This document shows, one piece after another, positions 48,292 through 60,035 of a stretch of DNA of 64,000 bases; position 1 is the first letter of the stretch; each line of letters opens with the position of its first letter. Under the pieces are notes generated by a model. That model was not told where the DNA came from and made no database searches. It saw nothing but the letters and a program-made list of their open reading frames with translations. The position numbers were made by a program, and so were the translations under genes. The stretch is from Psammoneis japonica (Eukaryota), in the NCBI GenBank assembly GCA_008632985.1, contig QPGO01000090.1, positions 124,001-188,000 on the forward strand. The letters are read 5' to 3'.

Positions 48292-49790
48292 CTACTTGGA
48301 TGCACCCGCAGAGTGTCCAAAGTCTTTCAGGAAGTCATCAACTTTTTCGCCGGTTCTTGCTTCAAGATCGAGCTTCTTCTTAAGCTCAATGAGGTCATTT
48401 AGAACCTTTCTGAGCTCTCTCTGCTCTTCGCTAAGGAGGTTATCAAAATGAGAGTTGAGGATAATTCCAGTTTCGGCTTCCCTTTGCACCAGACCTTCTG
48501 CAACGCAGTCGAGGAAGCAGTCGTGATACCAACTAGGATTGTCACCCCAGCTTGCTCCAAATGAATGGATGTCAAAGTCCTGGTCCCAGAGCCGGCGGAA
48601 CATTGGGTTCTCTACCATGGTGAGGATTGTGCCCAAACTGTCCTTTGGCTTTCCGGTCTCGTCGTACAGGACCTTGCGACAGTCATCGATGACCTTGTGA
48701 ACGTTGTCATCGGTCATGGAGAAACCACAGAAGAGCATCTCGGTTGTGAGAAACATCCCCTGAAGACGACCACGTAGAGCTTGGTATCGATCGGAATAGC
48801 GCATGTAATCCTTGCGAGAGAGAACAATGCTGTCTGGGTGATCAGTGCATCCGTGCAACTTCAAGACGCTGTGAGTTGATGCCGTGCCCGACTTGGCAAT
48901 TTCTCTAGAGTCCCACGGCAACTGAGGTATTTTGTCGCCACCGCTAATGGCGGCAGCTTCGTAAAGAGTGTCATAATTTGTGGTCACTGTAGGAGCTCCA
49001 AAAGACTTGAGTAAAGCATGAGCTGGAGTGTAGCGTCCGGAGGTCTTGATGATATCCGCCACAGCATGCTTCCAACTAGGGCCAATGACCTCAGCCAAGA
49101 TAGTTGGCTGATCGAGAAAACCAAGCTGTTTGATCTGCTCCTTCTCATCCTCATTTAGGCCCGCATTTTCTGCCAGCTTATCAAGAAGCTGACCCCAAGA
49201 TGGTGCTCCTGACGGAATCGAAATCCCAGCACCAATAAAGACAGATAGACGCCCCCTTGCAGCGGAACTCTCCAGCCGCGCGGCATCCTGTTTCTGTTTG
49301 TCAGAAAGCATCCAGAATGCTCCTCCCTCCATTGGGCAACACGTCCGACGCATGAGCTGAGAAAGGATATATGCATCCTTATCGGCGAAGCAAAGAGCAA
49401 CATCGACTCCGTAATCGTTTGCGGCAGCATAAACTTTTGGGAAAACTGCTTCCAATAGTTTGCTCTCCGGTTCAGAATCACTATCCTCGTATAGATTGCC
49501 GATGCCAGGGAGAGACAAGGCAAGGAGCGGCTTGCCCCGACGAAAAGCAGAACATTCACCCTCGAAACGTTTCCCTGCTCTCTCAAGGAACGAGTAACAA
49601 ATTGACTTGCACATGTCGAAATGCTCCTTGCAATCAAGATCGTCAGCGTTAACCTCGTAGATAACAGGCTTGCTTGTCCCTTCCTTCAAACAAACCTCTC
49701 CAGATGCAGCGCCTGGATTGTGACAAGGATTGCATCGGCCGCAATCCCTTCTGCGGCGCAATGAAGGACAAATACGTGTCCGCATTTAGA
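48292..49790 (-). CDS. Bacterial-type SIR2-like (SIR2_2) protein with a macrodomain-like N-terminus; 5' end frameshifted and uncertain
   Basis: LSVFIGAGISIPSGAPSW, VTTNYDTLYE, VLKLHG, IVLSRKDY and LFCGFSMTDDN. GHVFVLHCAAEGIAADAILV lies in a shifted frame at ~49725-49785; PLLALSLPGIG is also present. Confidence 0.85.
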
Positions 49791-50411
49791 CTGACTTTGA
49801 TCGACATGTGATGGTTTGGGAAAAGGCGGGCAACCGGAAACGAAAGAGCAAAAGATCTGTGAGGTCGGATAAGAGAAAAGATTGCATCTACGGCGTTTCT
49901 ATATTCATGGTCCCTAGCATTGGGCGTTGGGCTGCCATTGAATGGCAACGTTTTCCCCTAGATTTCCAGCACTTACTCCGGAACGATCATTACTGCTATC
50001 GTAGACCGCAGTGGCTGGGACACGAGACGACTAGAGATGACTAAGTCTGAGTAACGGTCCCTCAAACGACCTGAGCAAGGAGCTTCCGAGGCCGTTTTGC
50101 GTACCAATACCCAATACCTTACCCCAACTTTGTGTTGAAAAGTGTGATGATTGAATCATCATCTTGATGCGATCTGATGCGATTTTAGACAGAAAACGTA
50201 TCCGCGGTATGGTAAGTGCGGTCATAACGGCGGTATGGAAATCTGATTGGACAAACGACGTCAGCTAAGAACCGTGTGATAATCGATAAGTAACGATGAC
50301 ATCATCCTTACCTCACCATACGTGTACATTTTCATCGGTGGATATATTATTATGAATGTTCCCAACTTACTCACAGCAAACTGCAGCGCTGCAGCGCACA
50401 ATGACACCGGT

Positions 50412-51359
50412 CGACGGTGTCCCACTTTACGGCGAGATATCTCAATGATACTTACACCGATTTCCCCGTTTCTTTTTTCAGTATTGGGATAAATTGTACA
50501 ATTCATCCTACTAGGTTGGTGCCATTGTACATTATTGAGAATTATGGATTTCCGTTTTGTTTGAAACCTCGCAGCAATTTCAAATTTTGGAAAAGCGCGC
50601 ACGACGGTGTCCCACTTTACGGCGTGATATCTCAACGATACTTACACCGATTTCCCTGTTTCTTTTTTCAGTATTGGGATACATCGTACAATGCATCCTA
50701 CTAGGTTGGTACCATTGCGCATTATTGAGAATTGTGGATTTCTGTTTTGTTTGAAACCTCGCAGCAATTTCAAATTCGGAAAAGCGCGCACGACGGTGTC
50801 CCACTTTACGGCGTGATATCTCAACGATACTTACACCGATTTCCCCGTTTCTTTTTTCAGTATTGGGATACATTGTACAATTCATCCTACTAGGTTGGTC
50901 CCATTGTGAATTATTGAGAATTATGGATTTCTGTTTTGTTTGAAACCTCGCAGCAATTTCAAATTTGGAAAAGCGCGCACGACGGTGTTCCACTTTACGG
51001 CGTGATATCTCAACGATACTTACACCGATTTCCCCGTTTCTTTTTTCAGTATTGGGATTCATTGTACAATTCATCCTACTAGGTTGGTCCCATTGTGAAT
51101 TATTGAGAATTATGGATTTCTGTTTTGTGTGCAACCTCGCAGCAATTTCAAATTTGGAAAAGCGCGCACGACGGTGTTCCACTTTACGGCGTGATATCTC
51201 AACGATACTTACACCGATTTCCCCGTTTCTTTTTTCAGTATTGGGATTCATTGTACAATTCATCCTACTAGGTTGGTCCCATTGTGAATTATGAGAATTA
51301 TGGATTTCTGTTTTGTGTGCAACCTCGCAGCAATTTCAAATTTGGAAAAGCGCGCACGA
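50412..51359. repeat. Tandem array of five ~189-bp units inside the MULE
   Basis: Units start CGACGGTGT at 50412, 50602, 50791, 50980 and 51169; near-identical. Confidence 0.97.
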
Positions 51360-51451
51360 AGGATGCAGGTAAGTACCATTCGATTCTCCGTGGTGCTACA
51401 CCAATATTCTTACTTCTTTGCACCATTTTAACAAGAAGTTGACAACGTCCC

Positions 51452-54035
51452 TTAATGATTAATGCTGTCATGACTTATGATGAGACGTGTCCACACCTTT
51501 CCAGTGTTGGAGCTGGCATATTTAGATATCCAGTTTCTCACCGACACGCTTTTTGCGATTCGACGCTCGAATTGAATGTTGCCAATTGCAAGCGGTACCC
51601 CCGGCACCTCCATAGCAAGATACTTCCACACCAATGTTGTCTTCATTTCCCATTGTTGTAGCCAATGGTCGTATGTTGTACAAGGCATGAAAAACCACCC
51701 ACTTTGTACCCAACGGTAGTGTCTCCAACACTGGCTTTTCGGTGGAGACGAGCGTTGCCAATTTCACCTGGTCTGTAATAGCTCTTGAAAATGCATTGAA
51801 TCTGTCATGAACTTGTTGATATCTTGTTGCCTAACCCTGTGTCCAATCTTTCTTAATTCCCTGCAGGTGACAATCGTTCGGCAATTCTTGTCTCCACAAA
51901 AGCTGCAGGTAGATTTGGACTTTTCGTTTTTCTTTGCAGCTACGGTGCCACCATTTCGAGCCATCACTTGTGAAGCGATTCTCTTCTTGCGAGGTGCCCC
52001 AGCTCTGTTGGCCTCTGGACCACGTTTTGTTGGGGGGTTGCTCAAAGATGAAGCTGGTCTTTTCCTGGCAGCTTGCGCAACAACACCAACAACATCAGCG
52101 GCGTCATCTGGGCTACCCCCCTTTTTGGCAATGTCCAGCAGCTCGAGTATGGAGCCGTACAATGCCCCTCCAGTGCTGTGCTAGAACTCACTGCATATTC
52201 TGTCAGCTTTGTGCAAGCCTTTAGCATCTGGTTTCTATTAACTTTTTTTGGCTTTCGGGAGTTTGTTTCTTTTGATGCCGTTTCTGACAGCGCCGACACC
52301 GTCGACACTGTTTCATTCGGCGCGGCTTCGGCAGACTCAAATTCCATTGATGCCATTTCCGATTCTGATGCTTCGGTTGCTGTTGATTCGGTTTGTGGAG
52401 CGAGTTGAGACAATGCAACATCGTCGTCGCTGGAATCACTGGCTCGGCCGTCTCCATCGTCACGGCAACTGTCATCCACGTCAGCTATCGGTTCCATCTT
52501 GTGAGGCTGATACAACCGTTCTGGGAACAATGCCTTGTCAAACACACGGCCGTTTCTGCAGCACTCATGGGGACACATGCTGAGCGCCTCCAATCGGCGA
52601 GTACAGTCACATCTCCCATGCTTGGGACGAGTCTTACGCTGTCGACGCTTGTGCCTTCTCTATGCACACGGTCAAAGTTGTCGCCTTTATCTTCCAACAA
52701 CTTATAGTTGAAACTTTCATTGTACACTTCTGTCCAGTAAGTCTCGTGTGCCCACTTGGACAGAGTTCGCAACGCCTCCGCCTCTGACGCATTTTCTGAT
52801 TGTACTTCTTCGGCTTTCCTTGCAGATATAAGCCGGCACTTTGCATCCTCTGTTTTGTTTTGTTGGTCACGGGTAGTCTGCCGTTCGAGTAGCCCACTGA
52901 TTTGCTCCACCATGTCTTCAGTAGACCCACTCCCGAGATGAGCCTGTTTGAGTCATCCACACAATGGCGCAGGGTTCTCCGTTTGCGTCTTTCTTGACAC
53001 GATAGTCTAAGCCTCGACTGCTCTGCTTTATTTTCATAAGATACAACTCAGCCTTCCATGCCTCACCACGATCTTGCATCACTTGCCGCAACAACTCCCT
53101 CACCTTGGTGCGACATAAATCAGTGTCGGGTAATTGGATAGCCTCATTTTCTGCAAGAGGCTTGAACCTCATGAGGTTCTCAGCAGCTTTAGCATCCATG
53201 GGCTTGTCTTCTAGATAGTGTTTCTTTGCCCGCATCCTCACGTTTCGAACGTCATCAGCTGTAATTACCTGCCCATCTGGAACGTATTTTCGAAGGAGCC
53301 CACGAATGCCACGGGGGTTTGTGACGACTCCAGTCGCGATAGTTTCTGCAATGCGATCCATGTCTGCGAGATTGATGTTTCCCAACACAGCGCCAGCCGC
53401 TTTCTTTGCCAGGCGGGGCGCCTCCACACCCGGGTTACAATTGTGCTCAAAGCAGTGGCCAGTGATACGCACCATTCTTCGGTGCCTTTCATCTTTGGGA
53501 TTTCGTTGGTCTACAGTGGCCTTTATGACAAACGGGCAGTTTCCCTTGATGCTCTGCCGGTTTCTCTGCCTTGAAGGCGACACCACCGACTCTTGTGCTT
53601 TCTTGTTTGCTTTCTTAAAAAAGCACTTCAAATGATAGTTGTTCACTGTCGTAAGGTGAAATCCCCAAGCATCACCAAATCGAATCGCCGCTTGTTTGAG
53701 CTGACAGAAATTCACGAAAGATCTCTTCTTCAGGATGCTTCCAAACAGCTCTTGAGCTGCCGACTCCAACTTCTCCAGTTTTACCATGCCCTCCTTGTCA
53801 ACATCCGTATCCAGATTTGGTCCATGTTGGTCCACCACGTCTTTCAGGGACTTGGGCAACCAATCGATGCTGTCGGCCACTTTAATTTTGCGTTGCTCAG
53901 AGCTCTCTTAGTCGGCTTGTCATCTGGCCCAGTGTCAGTCACCGCGACGTTGTCGACTCGCTCGAATGGATCTCCGTCCCCTTCATTCCATTCAGGCTGT
54001 TCCGGTGGGTGGTTTTCAAAGAACTTGTAAGACAT
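51452..54035 (-). pseudogene. MULE transposase remnant: FAR1-like zinc finger, SWIM finger and C-terminal CxxC knuckle; DDE core deleted
   Basis: WGFHL...LKCFF...NCPFVIKA...FEHNC; DYRVKKDANGEPCAIVWMT joined directly to AHLGSGSTEDMVEQI at ~52948; GRCDCTRRLEALSMCPH; CSFCGDKNC. Several frameshifts. Confidence 0.8.
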
Positions 54036-55275
54036 GGTTTGCACACTGCGGTTGTCAATGTTGGCGCCAAGGGCCGATGGTGTTGGTGGTTTTTCAGGCG
54101 GTGTTGATTTAGAGGCGGTGTGGATGTAGCCAGAGTTGACAACGGTGTGGTTGTCGCAACGATGCTGGTGGTTGGTGCGGCACACCAAATTCGAAGTATT
54201 TGATCGAGTGCTGCCGAGTAAGTGCAACTACCTACGTGGAGAAGTGTGTTTGTTATCGGTGTGTTGCGGCACCGGTAGCACATCTGATTGCTGGTAGACA
54301 CCGGTAATAAAGTGCGCGCGATGTTGCGTTTTTGGCAGGTGCTGGGGGGCAATGATGATGTCAACATCACTCATTGTGAACAAATAAGTTCTTAGCTGAC
54401 GTCGTTTGTCCAATCAGATTTCCATACCGCCGTTATGACCGCACTTACCATACCGCGGATACGTTTTCTGGATTTTAGATCTTATTTGATGATTGTGCGG
54501 ACGACAACATACGATTTATGCACCCCCGAAGGACACTCTTTTTTTACTGGGAGTTGCAGGAAAAAACAATTGTTGCACTGCTGCTTGATGGCACGGATGA
54601 TGTGACACGCGGCAGCTTTTTTTGTAGCATTGTTTGTCTGCCGCATTGCCCCGCAAACAACATCATCATCTTGTCTGCCAGTTGTCATGCTGGGTGTGTC
54701 TGTCGTGGAAACGAACAGAGGGCTGTTTTGTGCTTTTGATTTTTGTTGCTGAGAATCTTGAAATTTGCCATGCGAGAGGAAAAAGTGAGTGCTTTTGGTT
54801 GAAGAGAAATGGAGTCAACCAACCACAAGCTTCAACGGGTGTGAGACAAGAGTGTGGTTTTGAAGCTCGGCATCGGCATCTCTGTCGCACCGGCATGACA
54901 TCCCCATCATCTGCGCGCGGAATCATCAGAAATGAAAAATGCATGCGCTGATGCACTGCCGGCGTCTGTCTGCACCCCGCAAGGCTCACCACGAAAAAGC
55001 GCGTGAAGCACACGTCACAATTGCGCCATCGGTGGGTGCATTTTCATCCCCGGGCGCGCTGCCGCCACCCGCCCGTGCATCACGGAGATGCAGTCCGGCG
55101 CATGCTGTGGGCCCTGTGACAGTGCTGTAGGGCCCTGCTGTGGGTCTGCCTGTGGTGGGGAGGAGGGGTTCGCTTTTGCTCGCGATCGAACTCGCGAGGC
55201 GTTGCATCGACAATGAGATTAAGGAGCGTTCACGGCAACATCATCTTGGCAACAACATGCTTTCTGCTGTTGATT

Positions 55276-56193
55276 TTAGTTGTCAAAACAATCCACATCA
55301 AATGGTGAGTGACCCACCATGAGGGCCAACTGTGTGATGTTGGCCACGGCATGAAACACACGGCAATGTGTTTCCTTCGCGTGGCGGTGTCTTTTGTCAA
55401 GCATTCCGAAACGCTTGAACCATCCATTGACAGCCTCATGCCTTGCCCTTGCTGTTGTTTTCATGGCCTCGTCTGCATTTCTCAGGCCGGATGGAGTCGA
55501 GCTGTGCTGGCTCCCGTCGCTGCAGCCACTGTCGGCTGGATGCATCTCGCCGTCTTCAAGCTCTTCAATGATCCATTCACGAGCAATGTTCAGATCCAGC
55601 AACCCAGCTGGGTGCGGCCCATTGACCCAAACAATCCACCCTGTCTGAATGCATGCTCCAATTTCATGCCGCAGACCAGCACCGTGGAACTCATGGGAGA
55701 ACCACATTGGATCGAATGGTGATGGCTCGTAGACTCTGAAATCAGTGCCGTCGAGTGTCACCAAACATCTGCTGCCGTTGTCATCAATGAAGCGGTCTTC
55801 CCAGTGAATCTAAGAACAAGGTGTCAGTCCATTTGTTTCATGCACACAAGTCCTGTCTGGAATGGTGCACGCCAAATTTAACTGTCCAATGAGTTGAGTT
55901 CCGACCCAAACCCATTTTCTCAGCGTGTCTTCATGGATTTTATTACAGATGCCAGCAACGACTGTCTCAGATTCATGCAATTTGAGAAAGCAAAGGGTGT
56001 GGAGCATGTGAATGGGCAAAAAACCTCGTGGCATTTTCCCGTCATCAAGGAGAAGCCCCCACAACTCAGACGCTGCTTCTTCTGGGGTGCAGAAGCATGA
56101 TGCGAACCGACGTTTCCATGCTGCAGTTGACCCTTTTGGCTTCTGAATGATCGTCTGTGCTGAGTGCTCTGCGGCCTCTTTGGGCAGTCTCAT
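55276..56193 (-). pseudogene. PIF/Harbinger DDE (DDE_Tnp_4) transposase, ~284 aa, hypermutated (Tyr->His/Cys)
   Basis: Exons 56193-55873 and 55809-55276; 63-bp intron with a GC donor. IHWEDR...CLVTLDGTDF, WFSHEF, ADSG and ARARHEAVN carry the D-D-E triad. Only one Tyr. Confidence 0.88.
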
Positions 56194-58517
56194 GATGAGC
56201 AGTTGGCAACATGCCACAGTGTGTTGCTTTGGTCTTTTCTCTGTTGCGCTGTTTGTGCCAGTCTCCACTGCCAGCAGCCAGTCTCTGGTCTCCAGCTGGC
56301 CACTCTAGAGCAGCAGTTGTTTTGTGTTTGACAATTGTGTTTTGTTGTCTTCACGCAGTTGGGGTTCTCATCAGAAGAGGCCTTTGGCGAGATTCCGTCG
56401 TGTTTGAAGAAAATGCGAAAAAAATGCGATTCGGGTGTGGTTTCCGAATGGTGACTTCGGGACATTCGCAATGGGCAACTTTGGGCGTCGTTTTGTCAAC
56501 CGGAACACGGTAGAATGACCATTCCAAAGCATGCTCTTGGCTCAACTAACACAGCAGTTTACATGCAACATGTGACACAGAATTTTACAACCATGATCCA
56601 TCATTGGCGGGGCATTAAAAAAGCATTCTTGTTCTACAAATCGAAATGAAATCGCCTTTTCACAGACGAAAAGCGCACGGAAACATGCCAATGAAAAGCC
56701 AAAACAAACATCAGGAGCTAGCCCACCATCAGTGCTGTCGCAAATGCACGCCGAAGCTTGGGATTCAGCCACTCATTCTTCAGTTGAGTGGGTCCAAAGT
56801 CATCGTTCTGGAGCTGAAAATCGTTTTGGGTGTGATTTGGGAACGATTTTTGCATGGTCTCGGAACGTTTTTCGTGTGGTCTTGAGGGAATCTTCGTTGT
56901 CAAGAGGCCCTTTCTCAATGTTGGCGGTTGGTGTTTTCTCAAATCTCATTTTGGCGGGGGGTTGCAGGAAAAAACGAAATTTTCATTTTTCCTTGTTTTT
57001 GCTAAGTTTTTCCCCTCATTTTCGAACTCCGCGGTCTTTCGAAGCTTCAGCTTCTCTCGATTTCGCAGAAGTTCGAATTTTTTATTTTTTATTTGAGAAA
57101 ATGCGATAAATGTCATTGTGAATGGAAAATGGACGTTTTTCACTAAAATCCATCATCGAGGTGCATTCGCGCACGGTGCTTTCGCACGATTCTTCGCGCA
57201 GCAACGGGTGGCTTCGACCGAGTTCGCTTCGGAAGGCTGATGAGTTGATGAGAACTCCGATTTGAATCATTGACGACCCTCTCACCCCTCTGCTTCTTGC
57301 GGGATAGTCTGTTTCAAATTCAAGTGCCGCCAAATAACTCCAACTGCCAAAACCAACAAAGGCCTCTTGGGGGGGACCATTTCGATGTAGTGGATTTCGA
57401 GATTCCCTTGCAGATCGCACTAAAAACGTTCCAAGATCATTCCAAAAGCGTTCCGAGAACGTTCTCAAATGCACTGGTTCGCGCTGAGAGCCAACTTTGG
57501 AGCCTGAGAATCAGCCAATGGGAAAGATGATGCACCATCATGACCGCATTGTTGTTCAAACTGTCCGAGCATGACACAGCAATGTAAAATTTAAACGGGT
57601 TTGATTGGCACATTGCTGAGAGGCACACCTGTCAAAACCGGTTTTTGTTTTCTCCCAAAAAAAGTGCGGTTCTTAGAAGCCTCAATGCTTTTCAATTGCA
57701 GCAGCTGCAGTCAATCCACTGTAATGTGTTGCAACTGCTGGGCTGGCTTTGCACCAAATGTGCTCTGTGACAATCACCAACAGCTCCAACATTGAAAAAC
57801 CATTCGACGAAATGGGCATTTCATCATTCCCGCATTTTGACCGTTCTCGGAACGTTCCAAAAGCGTTCCCGAATCGCACCCAAGCCGCGCCCGAAGGGAA
57901 TCTTTGAAAAGGCCTGTCCACGAAAAACAATTTTTGACTGCACTCTGAACAGATGAGAACCCCAACAGGTCCGCAGAAACTGAGTCCACCTGCGGCAACA
58001 AAAACTTCTGCCTGCCGCCCGCGGTCGCTGTGGCATGCAGCCAGCATCACTTGGCAAGAACACAAAACATCAAGCACACGATGACCACAGAAGCGCGCAC
58101 TCACCATGTCAATGCACCCATCCAAAGCCACAGTGCATTGAGCCCAGACAGTCATCCAGTGGCCAACACAGCAGGGTCGGAACGGATTTCGGAACAGCAG
58201 TGCTGTCGGTTCATTCGCACTCGCATCGTGCTCATCTCCGCAAGACGAAGAACAAAAAGGCGCACCGCGTGACCGCGTGGTGTTCGAAAAAGCGGGAAAA
58301 AGCAAGGAAAAATGAAAATTTCGATTTTTCTTGCATCTCCCGGTGGAATTTATTCAAATTTGAAAAGAGCATCCCGCGGACAGTGGTGAGGTGAGTTGGT
58401 CGTGACCCATTCAAAAATGGGGTTCTCATTGCTGCCCGTCAATGCGAGCGCTGATCTTGACGACTCTCGACTGTGCACCATCAATCCTCTCATAAAAAAG
58501 AGAAAACCAAAGAAACC

Positions 58518-59714
58518 ATGCCCAAACTCAACCAACGAACCAAATCGGTTCTTGACGCTGAGGCTGCCGGCCCCCTTCGAGCAGTGTGGCGCAAGGGGTC
58601 CGCCAACTGCAAACTCTTGAAGGAGATGCTGATGGATGGGAGGGCAAGCGCTGGAGCGATGCCAAAAGAGATCCAGCAGATGCGCGCAGAGTTCATGCAC
58701 CATCCACTGGACAAGTTCCGCACTGGCTTGTGCAGGCTCAAAGACGAAACCGGGTTCAATCTTCGTCGAACGATGAACGACAGCAATGAGAACCCTGGCG
58801 GTGAGTTTTGATTTTCACCGCACTCGCACATGCACTCGAAATAAATGTGAGTGACGTCACTGTGTTGCTGACGCGTGCATTTTCATTTGACCGCGTCGTG
58901 CGGTGTTCTTTTTTTTCATCTGGCCACAGACACCGACGACGGCGACGAAGAGCTGTTCTCGGGTGGCCTTGACAGCACTCGTCGGACGGCATCGGCTCCA
59001 GCTCCTGCAAACAACAACGATGCAGCTGCTGTTGTGAATGGAGCTGGTGTTGCTTCTGTGATGGAGGCACGTGGTGGTGGGCAAGGAGGTTCTTGGAAAA
59101 GCTTCAAGCCCATGGTTTTGCAAGCCACTTGCAAGGACTCTGTCACCAAGACCAATCATGTCGTGTTGGTTGTTGTGGCTCCATCTGGTGTTTGCACCAC
59201 GGACCTTTCTGGTGTCCAGCTGTCTGTTGTGAGCAATGGGTGGATGCTCAGTTGCGTTTCCCAGTGGCCACAGCACTCCATGGACATGGACGCTCTCCAC
59301 GCAGTTCTCCTTGATGAAGCCACTGCCCAAGGGGGAAACCACGGTGGCGATGATGAACTCCGTGACGTCTACAAGCGCCTTGAAGCTCTTTCAGATGAGC
59401 TGTCTTCAATGAGGCAGTCTGACTCTGAGGTCCTGTCTTCCACATCCCTCGTGCCCTTGCCAATCCAGGTCTCTAGGAAAATCAACAAGGTTCATTTGTT
59501 GGGTGGTCGCGATGGGTCCAGGATCATTTGTGTGGACCTCAAGTCGGAAGATTCGACATGCTGCGCTGTGGAGAATCCAAAAGTCAAGTTGATTGATGCC
59601 ACAGGCGACGGTGTTGGACTCATTGGCTGCAATTGGGAGCTGGACGCCAGCGGACAGGATGCACGTGCATTTGACACAATGCACAGATTGGGATTTAGGA
59701 TCATCAGCAACTGA
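58518..59714 (+). pseudogene. Second (accessory, putative DNA-binding) gene of the Harbinger element, hypermutated
   Basis: Exon 58518-58800, GTGAG...CAG intron 58801-58929, in-frame exon 2. W..GSA..KLLKE...MPKEI...R.EF..HPLDKFR helical domain. One Tyr in ~350 aa. Confidence 0.65.
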
Positions 59715-60035
59715 TTGGTACAACAAAATATTCTTTCAATAACAGTCTTAGCACAGCTGCTACTGTAGCAGCAGCAGGGCCTGCTCTAGCTAGCAGAGTA
59801 GACTGTAGTTTGACTCGGTGATGAACTCGGCAGTGCGAGTGCAGCAGTGCTCACGCCTTTGGCTTTTCGCTGTTGCACGTACGACGTACGTGCGGCATGC
59901 TGGCAGTCGTCGTAATCGTCTGCTCTCTTTCTCTGGTAGGTGCAGCACAGTACGGCCGCCCGGTACATACAGTGGGTTCGTTTCTGTAGGGCCCTGCTCT
60001 CTCCACTCTAGCTACTACTAGTAGTGGGACTAGTA

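Larger units (their letters stand above)
50190..54470 (-). mobile_element. Mutator/MULE DNA transposon, 4281 bp, non-autonomous deletion derivative
   Basis: Perfect 83-bp TIRs at 50190-50272 and 54388-54470. 9-bp TSD GATTTTAGA at 50181-50189 and 54471-54479. Transposase remnant inside. Confidence 0.95.
54550..59720. mobile_element. TpA-depleted island 4, containing a two-gene PIF/Harbinger element (ends not defined)
   Basis: Divergent transposase and second ORF. TA is rare while CG remains fairly common. No convincing TIR pair found. Confidence 0.75.

Noticed and set aside
50412..51359. CRISPR array, or a real 63-aa repeat protein (ORF 50580-51263)
   Set aside because: Units are contiguous with no unique spacers and no cas genes nearby. 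The reading frame breaks in units 1 and 5 and has no recognisable domain.
55276..59714. Alternative genetic code or RNA editing as the explanation for missing Tyr
   Set aside because: TA loss affects all codon positions and non-coding DNA, and neighbouring genes use TAY codons normally, so the change is at DNA level.
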